39,958 bases of DNA from an uncultured Verrucomicrobiota bacterium. GTDB taxonomy: Bacteria; Verrucomicrobiota; Verrucomicrobiia; Methylacidiphilales; Verrucolacustridaceae. The stretch is from positions 1 through 39,958 of the forward strand of contig CAIVGD010000325.1 of NCBI GenBank assembly GCA_903905395.1, written 5' to 3'. Below the pieces are notes generated by a model. The model did not search any database. It was given only the letters and a program-made list of their open reading frames with translations, and was not told the origin of the DNA. Below are positions 1-8,490 of the stretch, in pieces (positions within the stretch are counted from its first letter, which is position 1; each line of letters starts with the position of its first letter). The position numbers and the translations under genes were made by a program.

Positions 1-467
1 AGGTGGAAGCGGTCGGCGAGGCGCATGAGGCGGAGGGCTTTGCGATAGCCCTCGGGATGAGCGCAACCGAAGTTGCGGAGGAGATTTTCCTTCGTGTCCC
101 GGCCTTTCTGGTGGCCGAGAAAAACCACGCGTTGTTTTCCGAGCGTGGCGAGACCGCCGATGAGGGCCCGGTCGTCCCCATAGGCGCGGTCGCCCCCGAG
201 TTCCACGACGTCGGTGGCGCCGAGGCGGAGGTAATCGAGAAGGTAGGGGCGCTGTGGATGCCGGACGATCTGGACGCGTTGCCAAGATGTGAGGTTGCCG
301 TAAACCTCGCGCCGCGCGTCTAGGAGTTTTTGTTGCAAAGCGGTAATTTCGTCCTCCGCTCCGAGCTTTTGTTTGCCGGAAAGATTACGGAGTTCCTCGA
401 TGCGCTTTTCCAGCTCGGCGAGGGGTTTTTCAAATTCCAGGGGGGCGATGGGTCGGGCTTCGGCCAT
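1..467 (-). CDS. accA: Acetyl-CoA carboxylase carboxyltransferase alpha subunit (5' part; runs off the left edge)
   Basis: Absent from the ORF track because it is truncated. Manual minus-strand translation from ATG 467 gives MAEARPIAPLEFEKPLAELEKRIEEL...WQRVQIVRHPQRPY...GHQKGRDTKENLLRNFGCAHPEGYRKALRLM, typical AccA motifs. Confidence 0.95.
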   Translation of the reverse strand, partial: MAEARPIAPLEFEKPLAELEKRIEELRNLSGKQKLGAEDEITALQQKLLDARREVYGNLTSWQRVQIVRHPQRPYLLDYLRLGATDVVELGGDRAYGDDRALIGGLATLGKQRVVFLGHQKGRDTKENLLRNFGCAHPEGYRKALRLMRLADRFH

Positions 468-569
468 AGGTCGAAGAAAGAATACTAAACGAGGAAGGGG
501 TGCCGGAGCAACGCTGGGGGTAGGGGAAAAGGTTGGCTGTCGGGGAAGGGGGTGGCGCAAGATACGAAG

Positions 570-1427
570 ATGAAGCGAGGGTTAACTGGGATTCTTGGAT
601 TTGGAGGACTGTGGGTAGTTCTCACCGCCGTCCTTGCGCACCCGGTGTGGCTGGCGGTCGAGGCGATGGCTCCAGGTGTTTTTCCATTTCCGAGGATATT
701 TGGGCGGGTGCAGTTGGGGGTGGCGTTGGCTTTGGTCCCACTACTGCTCTGGTTTTGGAGGGAGGATCCGCGGCGTTTTTTTGATCTTGGCCGATGGAAG
801 AGGCAGGTGGTGCGCGCAGTGGTTTGGGGAGCGGCGGGATGGGGGATGCTGGCGTTGGTGGCTTTTGGGCAAAGCTTGCTCGGGGTGAGGAGTTGGGGCG
901 GGTGGCCCGGGTGGACGTTATGGGCGGGTGCGGGTGGCACGGGAATCCTCGTGGCTTTCTTGGAGGAGTTTTTTTTCCGAGGAGTGCTGGGGATGGCGTG
1001 GTGGAAGGCTATGGGGAACCGGCCGATCGGACTGCTTCTCAGCGTGGGGGCGGTGATTTTCGCCGTGGTCCATTTCATCCGACCGGTGCCGGGCCCGGAG
1101 GCTGGATGGGCGACGGGCTTTTTAGCCTGGGGCCGACTGGAGTTGTGGGCAGAGCCGCTGGAAATCTGGAAGTTGGCGGGGCTCCTTCTCGTGGGATTGA
1201 TTTTGGGAAGGATGGTTTGGGCTCAAGGCACCCTAGCGGGACCGATCGGTTTGCATGCGGGATGGGTGGCGGGCCTCAAGTTTTCCGAGGGTGCGTGGAC
1301 GGAAGTTCCGCGGGCCGCGGCGGGTTGGTGGGGTCCCTCCCTCGATGCCGGCCCACTGCCTTTTCTGGTTCTGCTGGTTTTGGCATTGGCGCTCTGGGGG
1401 CGTCCGATCCGTGCGCGTCTGGATTGA
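570..1427 (+). CDS. CPBP/CAAX (Abi-family) intramembrane glutamic endopeptidase
   Basis: Multi-pass hydrophobic protein with EEFFFRG, FAVVH and LHAGW motifs. Start is ATG 570 (GTG 552 is an alternative). Confidence 0.85.
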   Translation: MKRGLTGILGFGGLWVVLTAVLAHPVWLAVEAMAPGVFPFPRIFGRVQLGVALALVPLLLWFWREDPRRFFDLGRWKRQVVRAVVWGAAGWGMLALVAFGQSLLGVRSWGGWPGWTLWAGAGGTGILVAFLEEFFFRGVLGMAWWKAMGNRPIGLLLSVGAVIFAVVHFIRPVPGPEAGWATGFLAWGRLELWAEPLEIWKLAGLLLVGLILGRMVWAQGTLAGPIGLHAGWVAGLKFSEGAWTEVPRAAAGWWGPSLDAGPLPFLVLLVLALALWGRPIRARLD

Positions 1428-2073
1428 GGCGGCGCGGGGGCTGATTTTTCCGGCGGGCCGACCCCCTCGGCCGTGGGCGCGGCTCGAGCGCCCTTTCTGC
1501 GAGCGCTGTGCAGAACCCTACTCCCGGACTGCTCCCGGCGAATTTCTTTGCGCGAACTGTCTGGACCGCCGCTGGTCGCTGGAACGAGTGCGGGCCGCGT
1601 ATCGGGCGGTGGGGACGGTGCGGGAGGCAATCCTGCGATTTAAATATGGCCGCGAATACCATTTGCGCCCTTGGCTCGGCCGATGGATGCGGGACGGATT
1701 CCGTCAGTACTACGCGGAAGAAAAATGGGATGCGCTTGTGCCCGTCCCCCTCCACTCAGAGCGGAAAAAAATCCGTGGGTTCAACCAGAGCGCGGAGATT
1801 GCCCGCTGGTTGAGTGCGAGGATTGGGATTCCCGTGGAAGAGGGGTTGGCGCGCGTGCGGGCGACACTTTCCCAAGCACGGCTGAAGCGCGTGGAACGGT
1901 TGAGCAATCTGCGCGGCGCGCTGGCCTTGGCTCCTGGGTTTGACCCTCGGGGACGGCGATTGCTAATATGTGATGACGTGTTCACGACCGGGGCCACAGC
2001 GGATGCCTGTGCGCGGGTCCTGCGGAAAGCAGGGGCCGCCGAGGTAGCGGCTCTGACCGTGGCTCGGGGATAA
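1411..2073 (+). CDS. comF: ComF family protein (zinc ribbon plus phosphoribosyltransferase domain)
   Basis: CERC and CANC, VPVPLH, RGFNQS, PRPP loop DDVFTTGAT, C-terminal VAALTVARG. GTG 1411 is the likely start within ORF 1255..2073. Confidence 0.85.
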   Translation: MRVWIEAARGLIFPAGRPPRPWARLERPFCERCAEPYSRTAPGEFLCANCLDRRWSLERVRAAYRAVGTVREAILRFKYGREYHLRPWLGRWMRDGFRQYYAEEKWDALVPVPLHSERKKIRGFNQSAEIARWLSARIGIPVEEGLARVRATLSQARLKRVERLSNLRGALALAPGFDPRGRRLLICDDVFTTGATADACARVLRKAGAAEVAALTVARG

Positions 2074-2084
2074 TAAACTCAACC

Positions 2085-2927
2085 ATGGCTGTATTCGAAC
2101 GACGCAAATATGAACCCCGGAAAGAGGCGAAACCTCGAGCCCGGGGAATTCCTGGTGGGCTCTGGACGAAATGTCCCGGGTGCGGAGAGGTGGTTTACCA
2201 GCAGGTGCTCAAAAAAAGTCTGCAAGTTTGTCCCAAGTGCGGGCATCACTTTTCGCTCGGGGCCCGGGATCGGTTGGTTTCGGTTTGTGACGGCGGAAAA
2301 TTCATCGAACAAGATGAGAAAATGGAGGCTGTGGACGTACTGCAGTTCAAGGGGGTGGCCAGTTACACCAGCAAGCTGAGGAGCAACCGGAAGAAGACGG
2401 GGCTGAAGGACGCGATTGTCTGCGGCACGGGAATCATCGGCGGCCGGGAAGTCTCCCTCGCGGCGTTGGAATTCGCTTTTCTGGGTGGAAGCATGGGCGC
2501 GGTGGTCGGGGAAAAAGTGACGCGCACCATCGAGCGGGGATTGGAAAAAAAAATACCGGTGATCATCTTTTCGGCCTCGGGTGGGGCGCGGATGTATGAG
2601 GGGATGTTCAGTCTCATGCAGATGGCCAAAACGAGCGGTGCTCTGGCCAGGCTCGGGGCGGCCGGCCTGCCATTCTTCTCCGTCCTGACGAACCCAACCA
2701 TGGCTGGGGTGATGGCCAGCTTTGCCTCCCTGGGTGATTTCATTATCGCGGAACCCAGAGCCATGATCGGTTTTGCGGGAGCCCGAGTGATCCGCGAGAC
2801 GACCCAGCAGGTGCTGCCCAAGGGATTTCAGACCTCCGAGTTTCTGCACGAGCGCGGGCTCATCGATATGATCGTCCCGCGTCCCAAGATGAAGGAGGTG
2901 CTGGTGCGCCTCCTCCGCTATCTCTGA
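2085..2927 (+). CDS. accD: Acetyl-CoA carboxylase carboxyltransferase beta subunit
   Basis: GLWTKCPGC...CPKC zinc finger, FLGGSMGAVVGEK, SGGARMYEG, IGFAGARVI. Confidence 0.97.
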   Translation: MAVFERRKYEPRKEAKPRARGIPGGLWTKCPGCGEVVYQQVLKKSLQVCPKCGHHFSLGARDRLVSVCDGGKFIEQDEKMEAVDVLQFKGVASYTSKLRSNRKKTGLKDAIVCGTGIIGGREVSLAALEFAFLGGSMGAVVGEKVTRTIERGLEKKIPVIIFSASGGARMYEGMFSLMQMAKTSGALARLGAAGLPFFSVLTNPTMAGVMASFASLGDFIIAEPRAMIGFAGARVIRETTQQVLPKGFQTSEFLHERGLIDMIVPRPKMKEVLVRLLRYL

Positions 2928-2995
2928 AGAGATCCGACCCCGTCGCCCGGCTTGGGAAAGTATGCTCCGCTGGCATCCGGCCGGGTCTGGGGCGG

Positions 2996-4114
2996 ATGCA
3001 AAAACTTCTCCGAGCCCTGCATCATCCCGAGAAGGGGCTGAATTTCATTCACATCGCGGGAACCAACGGGAAGGGTTCGACGGCGGCGGCGATGGACTCC
3101 ATCTTGCGGGCGGCTGGATTTTTCCCAGGTCTGTACACCTCGCCACATTTGATTGATTTCCGGGAGCGATTCCGTGTGGGCGGACGGGTTGTCGATGAGA
3201 GAATCCTGCGGCGAAACCTCGAGCCGGTGATCCGGATCATGAACCGGATGCCGCAGTCCGAGCGGCCCACTTTTTTCGAGGTGGTCACGGCGCTCGCTTT
3301 AAAAATTTTCCGGGAAGCCAAAGTTGATTTTGTGGTTTGGGAGACGGGTTTGGGCGGGAGGCTGGATGCAACCAACATGATCCTTCCTGAGTTGTCGCTC
3401 CTCACATCGTTGGGACGGGATCACGAGGAGATCCTCGGCCAAGGGTGGGCCCGGATCGGCGCGGAGAAGGCCGGTATTCTGAAGCAGGGCGTTCCAGTTT
3501 TTTCCGCGCCCTGGCCGCGCGCGGCTCGGAAGGTGCTGGCACGCCAAGCAAAAAACCTCGGTTGTCCCTGGAAGATCGTTGGGCCTCTGCCCAAGGCGTG
3601 GGGTGCGCTTCCACTTGCGGGAAGACACCAAAGACAGAACTTGGCGCTGGCGGTAGCTGCCGCGCGGTATCTGGGTTTTCCCGACGAGGTGATCCGGTGC
3701 GGATTGTCCCAAATGAAATGGCTCGGCCGATTCACCATGCTGAACAAAAATCCGCGACGGGTGTTGGATGGCGCCCATAATGAAGAGGGGGTTTGCGCCG
3801 CTTTGCTGACGTGGCGGGAAACTTTTGCCTCCACGCCAGGTCGGGTGATTTTCGCGTGTCTGAGAGACAAACCGGTGAGGGCGATGCTCCGGCGGATACG
3901 AAACAGTCGGGCGGATATTTGGGGAGTGGAGCTGAAGGATCCTCGCGGATCGGACCCGCTTTCCTGGGGGATTCATCCGTCTCGGATATTTTCCACGGTC
4001 GCGGAAGCCCTCCGGGCGGACGACGAAAACCCGGCCCCGGGGGGGGCTTTGATTATGGGCTCTTTGGTGCTGGCTGGAGAAGTACTTAAGGCGAGGGGAG
4101 GAAACGGGGCGTGA
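2996..4114 (+). CDS. folC: Folylpolyglutamate synthase / dihydrofolate synthase
   Basis: IHIAGTNGKGST, YTSPHL, ETGLGGRLDATN, EKAGILK, DGAHN; canonical accD-folC order. The true start is probably further upstream (see findings). Confidence 0.93.
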   Translation: MQKLLRALHHPEKGLNFIHIAGTNGKGSTAAAMDSILRAAGFFPGLYTSPHLIDFRERFRVGGRVVDERILRRNLEPVIRIMNRMPQSERPTFFEVVTALALKIFREAKVDFVVWETGLGGRLDATNMILPELSLLTSLGRDHEEILGQGWARIGAEKAGILKQGVPVFSAPWPRAARKVLARQAKNLGCPWKIVGPLPKAWGALPLAGRHQRQNLALAVAAARYLGFPDEVIRCGLSQMKWLGRFTMLNKNPRRVLDGAHNEEGVCAALLTWRETFASTPGRVIFACLRDKPVRAMLRRIRNSRADIWGVELKDPRGSDPLSWGIHPSRIFSTVAEALRADDENPAPGGALIMGSLVLAGEVLKARGGNGA

Positions 4115-4190
4115 TTCGAGCGGTTTTTTTTCTGATGCCGGGGGCACTCTTATGCGGACTGCGGAACCGGTCGCTAGCCTTGGTTTTTGA
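4111..4190 (+). pseudogene. N-terminal remnant of a HAD-family hydrolase, frameshifted and truncated
   Basis: GTG 4111 overlaps the folC stop and reads VIRAVFF. After a frameshift in the T-run it continues DAGGTLMRTAEPV (HAD motif I, FDxxGTL), then stops at TGA 4188-4190. Confidence 0.5.
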
Positions 4191-4220
4191 TCTTTCCGAT
4201 CGGATCGGCGAGAAGGCATT

Positions 4221-4249
4221 TTGACAAGGCGGCTCGTTGGGGGCATTTT
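4221..4249 (+). promoter_or_regulatory. Putative sigma70 promoter of sdhCAB
   Basis: TTGACA (4221-4226), 17-bp spacer, CATTTT (4244-4249), about 40 bp before sdhC. Confidence 0.45.
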
Positions 4250-4289
4250 TTAAACTCGTTGGAAATAAATCCAACCCCATCATTTCCCT

Positions 4290-4994
4290 GTGAATATTGA
4301 AATTTTACGAATGTCCAAATCCTCGATCGGGAGGAAATGGATCGTGGCGGTGACAGGCATCCTGATGATCGGGTTTGTCTTCATCCACATGACTGGAAAT
4401 CTGCAGATGTTTGCGGGCACGCCCGACAAGATCAACCAGTACGCCCATCTTTTGAAATCGTATCCGCTGGTGCTTTGGTCGTTCCGGTTGGGATTGTTGG
4501 CGACGGTGGCTCTGCATATTTTGGCGGCCTTATCTTTGGCTTGGGAAAACCGGATCGCCAAGCCGGTGGCCTACGCCGTGGCGGGAAGTCACTCCCGGAT
4601 GAAGGTGGCTCTGACGAGCGTGACGATGGTGATCAGCGGGACGATCATTCTGGGGTTTGTGGTTTTTCATCTACTGCATTTCACCGCGCACCGGGTGGAT
4701 GGCTCCTATGCCTCGATGGAGACGGTGGTGGCGGGAGTCACGATGCCAGATGTTTACCGGATGGTGGTGGCCGGCTTTTCCCAGCCTCTGATCAGCGGAT
4801 TTTACATCGTGGCGATGGCTCTGCTCTTTTTCCATCTCCGGCATGGGGCGGCAAGTGTTTTTCAAACCTTTGGGTTGCGGGACCAGAATCTGGTGAAAGT
4901 GATGGACGCCGGTTCCTGGATTATCGCTGCGGTTCTTTTTCTGGGGTTTAGCGCCATTCCGGTGGCTGTGCTCGCGGGGATACTGAAACCATGA
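4290..4994 (+). CDS. sdhC: Succinate dehydrogenase/fumarate reductase cytochrome b subunit (single-anchor type)
   Basis: [13 protein letters not shown] start, five TM segments, heme-ligand histidines ([22 protein letters not shown]); directly upstream of sdhA. Confidence 0.92.
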   Translation: MNIEILRMSKSSIGRKWIVAVTGILMIGFVFIHMTGNLQMFAGTPDKINQYAHLLKSYPLVLWSFRLGLLATVALHILAALSLAWENRIAKPVAYAVAGSHSRMKVALTSVTMVISGTIILGFVVFHLLHFTAHRVDGSYASMETVVAGVTMPDVYRMVVAGFSQPLISGFYIVAMALLFFHLRHGAASVFQTFGLRDQNLVKVMDAGSWIIAAVLFLGFSAIPVAVLAGILKP

Positions 4995-6904
4995 AGCTGG
5001 ACGCCCGTATCCCGCCCGGCCCGCTGGCTGAGAAGTGGACCCGGTTTAAATCCAACGTCCGTCTGGTCAGTCCAGCCAACAAACGGAAGTATGAGGTGAT
5101 CGTGGTGGGGACGGGACTGGCTGGAGCTTCCGCGGCGGCCAGTCTGGCCGAACTGGGATACCGCGTGAAATCGTTCTGTTTTCAAGATAGCCCTCGCCGG
5201 GCTCACTCGATTGCGGCTCAGGGGGGGATCAATGCGGCCAAGAATTATCAGAATGACGGAGATTCGGTGCGGCGCCTGTTTCAAGACACGATCAAGGGCG
5301 GGGACTTCCGATCCCGAGAAGCGAATGTGCACCGACTCGCCGAGGTGAGCGTGGACATTATCGATCAGTGTGTTGCCCAGGGCGTGCCATTCGCGCGGGA
5401 GTATGGAGGGATGCTGGCGAATCGGTCTTTCGGCGGGGCGCAGGTGTCGCGGACTTTTTATGCGCGAGGGGCAACGGGCCAGCAGTTACTGCTCGGTGCT
5501 TATCAGGCGCTCAGCCGGCAGATCGAGTTGGGGCAGATTGAAATGTTGCCCAGGCACGAGATGTTGGATTTGGTTGTTGAGGAGGGACGGGCGAAGGGAA
5601 TCATCACCCGCCATCTCGTCACGGGCGAACTCACTTCTCATGCGGCCGACGCAGTTCTGCTTTGCACCGGCGGGTATGGCAACGCCTACTATCTTTCCAC
5701 CTACGCTCGGGGTTCGAATGCGACGGCGATCTGGCGGGCGCACCGGCGGGGGGCGCTTTTTTCCAATCCCTGTTTCACCCAGATTCATCCTACCTGCATT
5801 CCGGTCTCGGGGGAGTATCAGTCGAAGCTGACGTTGATGTCCGAATCGTTGCGAAACGATGGGCGTTGCTGGGTGCCGAAGGCGAAGGGGGAGAAGCGGT
5901 CTGCCGCCCAGATTCCGGAGGGGGAGCGCGACTACTTTTTGGAACGGATGTATCCCAGTTACGGAAACCTGGCTCCGCGCGACATTGCTTCCCGTGCCGC
6001 CAAGCGGGTGTGCGACGAGGGGCGGGGAGTCGGGCCGACGGGTCTGGGGGTTTACCTGGATTTCTCCGAGGCGATCGGACGGCTTGGGGAGGAGACGGTG
6101 CGGGAACGATATGCAAATCTTTTCGCGATGTATCATGAAATCACCGGCGAGAACGCCTACGAATCCCCCATGCGAATTTTTCCCGCGGCGCACTACACGA
6201 TGGGCGGGTTGTGGGTGGATTACCACTTGATGAGCAATGTGCCGGGACTGTTTGTGCTGGGGGAAGCGAATTTTTCCGATCACGGGGCGAACCGCTTGGG
6301 GGCTAGCGCCTTGATGCAGGGGTTGGCCGATGGGTACTTCGTCCTGCCCTATACCGTAGGGGATTATCTTTCCCAGCAGAAGCCGGGCGGAGGCAAGCCG
6401 GAGGGCACCGCGTTCCGGGAGGCGATGGAGACGACCCAAGCCCGTACGAAAAAACTGCTTGGCGTGAAGGGGCACAAACCGGTGAGCGAGTTTCAACGGA
6501 GGTTGGGCAAGATACTCTGGGATCACTGTGGGATGAGTCGAACGAAGCAGGGCCTGGAGGAAGCGATCAAGATTTTGCCAGGACTTCGGCAAGAATTCTG
6601 GCAGGACGTGAATGTTCCTGGCGCGGGGGAGGATTTGAATCAGTCATTGGAGACGGCAGGGCGGGTGGCGGATTTTCTGGAGCTTGGAGAACTGATGTGT
6701 CGCGATGCGCTGGAGCGTGAAGAATCTTGCGGTTGTCATTTTCGCGAGGAGTACCAGACGCCGGACGGAGAGTGTGCGAGGAGGGACGCCGAGCACTCAG
6801 ATGTTTCGGCCTGGGAATTCAAGGGGGATGGAAAGCCGGAAGTTCGGCATATCGAGCCCCTGAATTTTGAGGAACTGCAGTTGGCGACGAGGAGTTACAA
6901 ATGA
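4991..6904 (+). CDS. sdhA: Succinate dehydrogenase/fumarate reductase flavoprotein subunit
   Basis: [23 protein letters not shown] (FAD-linked His), QIHPT, HYTMGG, HGANRLG; ATGA overlap with sdhC. Confidence 0.97.
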   Translation: MKLDARIPPGPLAEKWTRFKSNVRLVSPANKRKYEVIVVGTGLAGASAAASLAELGYRVKSFCFQDSPRRAHSIAAQGGINAAKNYQNDGDSVRRLFQDTIKGGDFRSREANVHRLAEVSVDIIDQCVAQGVPFAREYGGMLANRSFGGAQVSRTFYARGATGQQLLLGAYQALSRQIELGQIEMLPRHEMLDLVVEEGRAKGIITRHLVTGELTSHAADAVLLCTGGYGNAYYLSTYARGSNATAIWRAHRRGALFSNPCFTQIHPTCIPVSGEYQSKLTLMSESLRNDGRCWVPKAKGEKRSAAQIPEGERDYFLERMYPSYGNLAPRDIASRAAKRVCDEGRGVGPTGLGVYLDFSEAIGRLGEETVRERYANLFAMYHEITGENAYESPMRIFPAAHYTMGGLWVDYHLMSNVPGLFVLGEANFSDHGANRLGASALMQGLADGYFVLPYTVGDYLSQQKPGGGKPEGTAFREAMETTQARTKKLLGVKGHKPVSEFQRRLGKILWDHCGMSRTKQGLEEAIKILPGLRQEFWQDVNVPGAGEDLNQSLETAGRVADFLELGELMCRDALEREESCGCHFREEYQTPDGECARRDAEHSDVSAWEFKGDGKPEVRHIEPLNFEELQLATRSYK

Positions 6905-7647
6905 AGCTCCGCCTGCGGGTTTGGCGTCAGAAGAGGTGCGACACCGAGGGTCGTTTTGAGACATACGAGGCGGATGGGTTGACGGCGGACATGTCCTTTC
7001 TGGAGATGCTCGATGTGGTCAACGATCGTCTGACGAAGGAGGGCAAGGAACCGATTGCTTTCGATCATGATTGTCGGGAGGGCATCTGCGGATCCTGCGC
7101 CATGGCGATCAATGGGGAACCTCACGGGCCCAACGAGGCGGCCACCACCTGTCAGATTTATTTACGGTCATTCCGGGACGGGGATACGTTGACGGTGGAG
7201 CCTTGGCGGGCTCGGGCGTTTCCTGTGATCAAGGATCTGGTAACGGATCGGACGGCCTTCGACCGGGTCATCCAGGCTGGCGGTTTTGTTTCCGTGAGCA
7301 CGGGTCAGGCGCCGGATGCCAATGCGATGCCGATCGGGAAGGTGGAGGCGGAGAAAGCGTTTGATGCGGCGCACTGTATCGGGTGTGGGGCGTGTGTGGC
7401 GGCGTGTCGAAACGGGTCGGCGATGTTGTTCGTAGCGGCCAAGGTTTCGCATTTGGGACTGTTGCCGCAGGGCCAACCGGAGCGGGCGCAGAGGGTGCAG
7501 AAGATGGTGGCTGCGATGGATGCGGAGGGGTTTGGGAACTGCTCGAATCAGTACGCGTGCGAGGCGGTCTGCCCCAAGGAGATCTCCGTGGATTGGATCG
7601 CTCGCATGAATCGGGATTACGCTTTGGCCGCAGCCAAAAAGCTTTAG
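6901..7647 (+). CDS. sdhB: Succinate dehydrogenase/fumarate reductase iron-sulfur subunit
   Basis: CREGICGSC...[12 protein letters not shown] and [12 protein letters not shown] cluster motifs; ATGA overlap with sdhA. Confidence 0.97.
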   Translation: MKLRLRVWRQKRCDTEGRFETYEADGLTADMSFLEMLDVVNDRLTKEGKEPIAFDHDCREGICGSCAMAINGEPHGPNEAATTCQIYLRSFRDGDTLTVEPWRARAFPVIKDLVTDRTAFDRVIQAGGFVSVSTGQAPDANAMPIGKVEAEKAFDAAHCIGCGACVAACRNGSAMLFVAAKVSHLGLLPQGQPERAQRVQKMVAAMDAEGFGNCSNQYACEAVCPKEISVDWIARMNRDYALAAAKKL

Positions 7648-7872
7648 CTCTCTTCGGGGATCAGATTATTCTGCCAGATAATTTTTTCGATGCTTCGTAG
7701 GGTGGGTCGAAGGAGTTCAAGAAAGAGGGGAAGGGATTCAGGGACGCGGAGGACCGCTAGGAGCCAGTTGAAGTTTAAGATTAAGTTGAAGTCAGAAGGG
7801 AGGTGGAATGATTTTAGATGTTTGATTTTTGATTTGGGAAGATGATTTTTGAAGCGCCAACCTAAAACAAAT

Positions 7873-7947
7873 GTAGGGCGCCCATGCGTGGGCGCCGTCT
7901 GAATTCAAGACTGATGTCGGCTCCCGCGAATGCGGGAACCGCCCCAC
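7873..7947. repeat. Inverted pair of GTAG/GTGG-tagged REP-like hairpins
   Basis: GTAG then GGCGCCCA-TGCG-TGGGCGCC on the plus strand, facing GTGG then GG-CGGTTCCCGC-ATTC-GCGGGAGCCG on the minus strand. AAAACAAATGTAGGGCG (7864-7880) recurs inverted at 20605-20621. Confidence 0.7.
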
Positions 7948-7967
7948 AGGTGTCTTCAGCCTTGAAG

Positions 7968-8039
7968 TTCGAAGTTAATGTAGCGCCGGCATCTCCGAGG
8001 CCGCCTAGCTGGACGAACGAGATTGCAGAATGGGCGTTC
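7968..8039 (+). repeat. REP/REPIN-like element, copy 1 (partial)
   Basis: TTCGAAGTTAATGTAGCGCCGGCATCTCCGAGGCCGCCTAGCTGGACGAAC is 46/51 identical (counted by hand) to the reverse complement of 13939-13989, and similar to the sequence from 20524. Confidence 0.8.
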
Positions 8040-8081
8040 GGATTTCTAAGTTCGGATTTTGGATGTGGGTTAATGGAAAAT

Positions 8082-8208
8082 CGACCTCTGACCCCAATTT
8101 TCAAAAACTAGATTCTAAATAACTGTGCATTAATTGGTTATACGGCATTTTTTTTGATTAGAAACCGACCTCTGACCCCCAAATATTAATGTGGAGGGAT
8201 AGGGGTCA
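8082..8208 (+). repeat. Two direct copies of CGACCTCTGACCCC plus an inverted GGGGTCA half-site
   Basis: Exact 14-mers at 8082-8095 and 8166-8179; GGGGTCA at 8202-8208; a third exact copy at 36854-36867. Confidence 0.75.
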
Positions 8209-8490
8209 TGGGTTTATTTACGTAAAAACGCGTATTTTAGAGTCGGGGGAGGGGCAGGGGGTGCCTTGGTGTTATGGATGAAAAAACTGGAGCTAACAAC
8301 TGATCTGCAGATGTTTGCAAGAAAAACTATTCCTGTAAAAAACAGGTCGAAAAATAAGTTATGTGTGCTAAGTATATTTGTAATGGCGTTGCTCCTCACA
8401 TCGCTTCTGAGACAGATGGACTGTACTCATCCGCCCGCACCCTTCAAGGGGCCCCATGGAACGATTCTGAAGAGGTTTAAGCACTATTTT

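Noticed and set aside
3-323. Plus-strand 106-aa ORF, and the many other overlapping or antisense ORFs (e.g. 2079..2849, 5486..6592, 11776..12984, 23017..23886, 38570..39337)
   Set aside because: Shadow frames of well-supported genes in GC-rich DNA, with no recognisable motifs.
570-1427. Abi-family protease as an anti-phage or bacteriocin immunity gene
   Set aside because: Housekeeping context with no defence or bacteriocin genes adjacent.
7645-7904. Stop-free minus-strand frame ending ...[23 protein letters not shown]
   Set aside because: No start codon, it runs through repeat DNA, and I recognise no family. It could be a gene remnant but I cannot support that.
8082-8179. Possible mini-CRISPR or iteron array
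   Set aside because: Only two 14-bp units 84 bp apart, with no cas or rep gene.
8266-8490. N-terminal 75 codons of the 1850-aa ORF
   Set aside because: AT-rich, promoter-like sequence that would place the signal peptide too far from the start; probably untranslated.
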